From assembly GCA_965215005.1 (NCBI GenBank), contig CBDCCZ010000054.1, positions 128,001 to 192,000 on the forward strand: a stretch of DNA of 64,000 nt. Direction: 5' to 3'. Positions within the stretch are counted from its first letter, which is position 1, and every line of letters starts with the position of its first letter. A program made the translations under genes and the position numbers. This document shows, one piece after another, positions 61,391-64,000 of this stretch. The DNA is from Kofleriaceae bacterium. Lineage in GTDB: Bacteria; Myxococcota_A; Polyangia; Haliangiales; Haliangiaceae. Below the pieces are notes generated by a model that was not told the origin of the DNA, did no database searches, and saw only the letters and a program-made list of their open reading frames with translations.

Positions 61391-63307
61391 ATGCACGGCG
61401 TCGACGTCGCGATCCTCGCTGCCTTCGTGTTCTACGCACTCGGCAGCGGCTTGACCGCGCGCAAACGCGCCTCACGTGATCTCGAGCAGTACTTTCTCGC
61501 GGGTCGCAGCCTGCCGGGATGGAAGGCTGGACTCAGCATGGCGGCTACGCAGTTTGCCGCCGATACCCCGCTCGTGGTCATGGGCACCATCGCCGTCACC
61601 GGCATCTTTGGCCTCTGGCAGCTGTGGATCTACGCGCTGGCGTTTCTGCTGATGGGGCTGGTGTTGGCGCCGAGCTGGCGACGGGTGGGGGTGCTCACTG
61701 ACGCCGAGCTCACCGAGGTGCGCTACGGCCATCGACCTGCCGCGGTGCTGCGCGCGGTTAAGGCGCTCTATCTCGGCACGGTGTTCAACTGCGTGGTGCT
61801 GGCGATGGTGCTTTTGGCGGCAACCACCATTGCCGAGCCGTTCTTGCTCTGGCACCAGTGGCTGCCTGCGTGGCTCTTCGAGCCGCTGGTAGAGGGAGTG
61901 CGTGGGCTCGGGCTGCGGCTGGATTCCGGGCTGCCGGCTACGACGGATCCGTGGGTGCTCTCGACCAACAACTTGATCTCGGTGCTCTGCATCGTATCGG
62001 TCACTGCGATGTATTCGGCGACCGGCGGGCTGCGCAGCGTGGTCAATACAGACGTGGCGCAGCTCGGCATCATGCTCGTTGGCACTCTTGCGTATGCCGT
62101 GTGGCTCGTGAGCGAAGCCGGCGGGCTTAGCGCCATGCATCGAGCTCTTGCCGATAGCTTCGCCGCTGGTGGTCCCGCCGGCATGAGCCTCGATGAGCTG
62201 CTGGCGTTCGAGCCTTCGCGCGCCAGAGATGCCAGCGGCGCGGTGCTGGCCGCGTTTGGGCTGCAGTGGCTGCTACAGATCAACGCCGATGGAACCGGCT
62301 ACCTGGCGCAGCGTTCGATGGCGTGTCGCACCGACGACGATGCTCGCAAGGCCGCGCTGTGGTTCACGGTCACGCAGGTGCTGGTGCGCAGTCTGCTGTG
62401 GATTCCCATCGGGTTGGGCCTGTTGGTGGTGTTTCCGCCCGACCTCGGCGCCGACCTCGATACGCTCAAGCGCGCGCGCGAGGCCAGCTACGTGCGCGGC
62501 ATGCACGAGCTGTTGCCGCCGGGGCTGCTAGGGCTCCTGCTCACCGGCATGCTCGCGGCGCTCGCGTCCACCGTCGACACGCATCTCAACTGGGGCGCCT
62601 CGTACTGGACCAACGACCTCTACGCGCGATTCCTCTGTCGCCGCCAAGGTCGCGAGCCCAGCGGCCGTGAGCTGGTATGGGTGGCGCGCGCTGCCAACGT
62701 GGCCATCCTGCTGATTTCGTTGGCGGTGATGACGCAGCTATCGTCGATTCGCGATACCTGGCAGACGAGCCTGCTGCTAGGCGCCGGCATCGGCCCGCTG
62801 CTGGTGCTTCGTTGGCTGTGGTGGCGAATGAATGCATGGGGCGAGATCGCGACCATCGTGAGCTCGCTGATCGCGCTGCCGGTGGTGTGGGCGCTGTTTC
62901 CAGGCCCAGAAGAGGCAATGCGGCTGGTGGTGATGGGCAGCGTCGCGACCACCGCCGGCATCGTCGCCGCGCTGGTCGTCGGACCCGAGGATCGCGACCG
63001 GCTGGTGGAGTTCTACCGGCGGGCACGGCCGCCCGGCTTCTGGGGCCCCATCGCGGCGGCCGCTGGTGGCACTGGCGACGACGCTAGGCGACTGGGTCGC
63101 GGTGGGGCGGCGGTGGCCGTCACCGCCTTGTCGCTGTTTTGCCTGTTGGTCGCGGTCGGCTCGCTCATCGCTCAGAGCCCGCCGCCAACGTGGCTCCCGA
63201 GCCGCCCGGCGTGGATCGGAGGGTTGCTCGTGGCCGGAGTGGCGCTGGCTCCGGTGGCGTGGCGACTGGGATTTCGCGACTCCCGGGCAGGTAGTCGGGA
63301 GAGTTGA
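61391..63307 (+). CDS. Sodium:solute symporter family protein
   Basis: YFLAGR, ATQFAADTP, GGLRSVVNTD, YLAQR, STVDTHLNWGASY. Confidence 0.92.
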   Translation: MHGVDVAILAAFVFYALGSGLTARKRASRDLEQYFLAGRSLPGWKAGLSMAATQFAADTPLVVMGTIAVTGIFGLWQLWIYALAFLLMGLVLAPSWRRVGVLTDAELTEVRYGHRPAAVLRAVKALYLGTVFNCVVLAMVLLAATTIAEPFLLWHQWLPAWLFEPLVEGVRGLGLRLDSGLPATTDPWVLSTNNLISVLCIVSVTAMYSATGGLRSVVNTDVAQLGIMLVGTLAYAVWLVSEAGGLSAMHRALADSFAAGGPAGMSLDELLAFEPSRARDASGAVLAAFGLQWLLQINADGTGYLAQRSMACRTDDDARKAALWFTVTQVLVRSLLWIPIGLGLLVVFPPDLGADLDTLKRAREASYVRGMHELLPPGLLGLLLTGMLAALASTVDTHLNWGASYWTNDLYARFLCRRQGREPSGRELVWVARAANVAILLISLAVMTQLSSIRDTWQTSLLLGAGIGPLLVLRWLWWRMNAWGEIATIVSSLIALPVVWALFPGPEEAMRLVVMGSVATTAGIVAALVVGPEDRDRLVEFYRRARPPGFWGPIAAAAGGTGDDARRLGRGGAAVAVTALSLFCLLVAVGSLIAQSPPPTWLPSRPAWIGGLLVAGVALAPVAWRLGFRDSRAGSRES

Positions 63308-63423
63308 CGGCGATTTTGCCGTCTTCGCCGTCGCCTGGGGACTTGCGTTTGCCGGCGCGGCACAGGATGGTGTGCCGGTGCGTCGGGCCGCCGACGCGAG
63401 GTATCAAGAAAGGAATTCACGAT

Positions 63424-63915
63424 ATGAAACGATTTGGATGGACCAGCGTGCTCGCGCTCGGTTTGGCGGCTTCGCTAACCGCCTGTAAGAAAGAGGCTCC
63501 CAAGGAAGAAGCCGAGGTCGCGACCACGGACGAGGTACCGGTCGCGCCTGCTGAGCCTGGAGCCGCGGCGGCGCTGCCGACCGAAGGCGCCGATCCCGCT
63601 GTGATGGCCGAGCCGTCGGCCGAAGAGAAAGAATTCGCCGAGAACTCGGTTGCGGTGATGGAGAAAATGGCCGTCGCTGCGGAAGCTTCTGGTGGCGACT
63701 GCGATAAAGCCGCCGACGCGATGATGGTGGTGGTGAACGAGAACCAAGAGTTCATCACCAAGGCCAAGACGTTTGAGCAGAATCCGGCCAACAAGGCTTG
63801 GTTCGATGCGAACTACGGCGCCAAAGCTGAAGGCGTGATGCAGAAGCTCATGCCGATCTTGCAGAAGTGCCAGGACAACGAGAAGCTCACCGCGGTCTTT
63901 GCCGCGTTCCAGTAG
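63424..63915 (+). CDS. Lipoprotein, helical
   Basis: AAGGA SD; lipobox LTAC. Confidence 0.8.
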   Translation: MKRFGWTSVLALGLAASLTACKKEAPKEEAEVATTDEVPVAPAEPGAAAALPTEGADPAVMAEPSAEEKEFAENSVAVMEKMAVAAEASGGDCDKAADAMMVVVNENQEFITKAKTFEQNPANKAWFDANYGAKAEGVMQKLMPILQKCQDNEKLTAVFAAFQ

Positions 63916-63928
63916 CCCTCGTGCAGCT

Positions 63929-63953
63929 GCGGTGCTCCACGCCGGAGCACCGC
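63929..63953 (+). terminator. GC-rich hairpin after lipoprotein gene
   Basis: gcggtgctcc-acgcc-ggagcaccgc, no U-tract. Confidence 0.45.
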
Positions 63954-64000
63954 CTCCGCTTCGAGCTCGCCGTTGTGGCGCCTCAGTTCGAGGCGCGTGA

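Overview
GC-rich bacterial chromosomal window, almost certainly from a myxobacterium (Myxococcota, possibly Haliangium/Kofleria-like). This is inferred from four Hanks-type Ser/Thr kinases, a MYXO-CTERM protein and many Cys-rich lipoproteins. About 59 plausible CDS. No rRNA, tRNA, CRISPR array or transposase was seen. Recognisable genes include ppk1, rtcB, an FKBP, fdxA, hspQ, comEA-like, pafB/pafC-like WYL pair, recD2, a ThrE exporter, an SSS symporter and an iodotyrosine-deiodinase-like nitroreductase. The best candidate for an undescribed system is a five-gene minus-strand operon with overlapping gene junctions (38479->32450): lamin-tail (LTD) lipoprotein, SNase+OB nuclease, triple-LTD lipoprotein, SNase lipoprotein, and a helix-hairpin-helix outer-membrane beta-barrel with a 1-bp frameshift. 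It looks like a surface DNA capture/degradation/uptake machine. About 7 kb away, a sigma54-type promoter precedes a small protein with an SSB-like tail and comEA. Many genes also have a TANNNT box 6-8 nt before the start codon, suggesting widespread leaderless transcription. All calls come from reading motifs by eye; no database searches were run, and many start codons are estimates.
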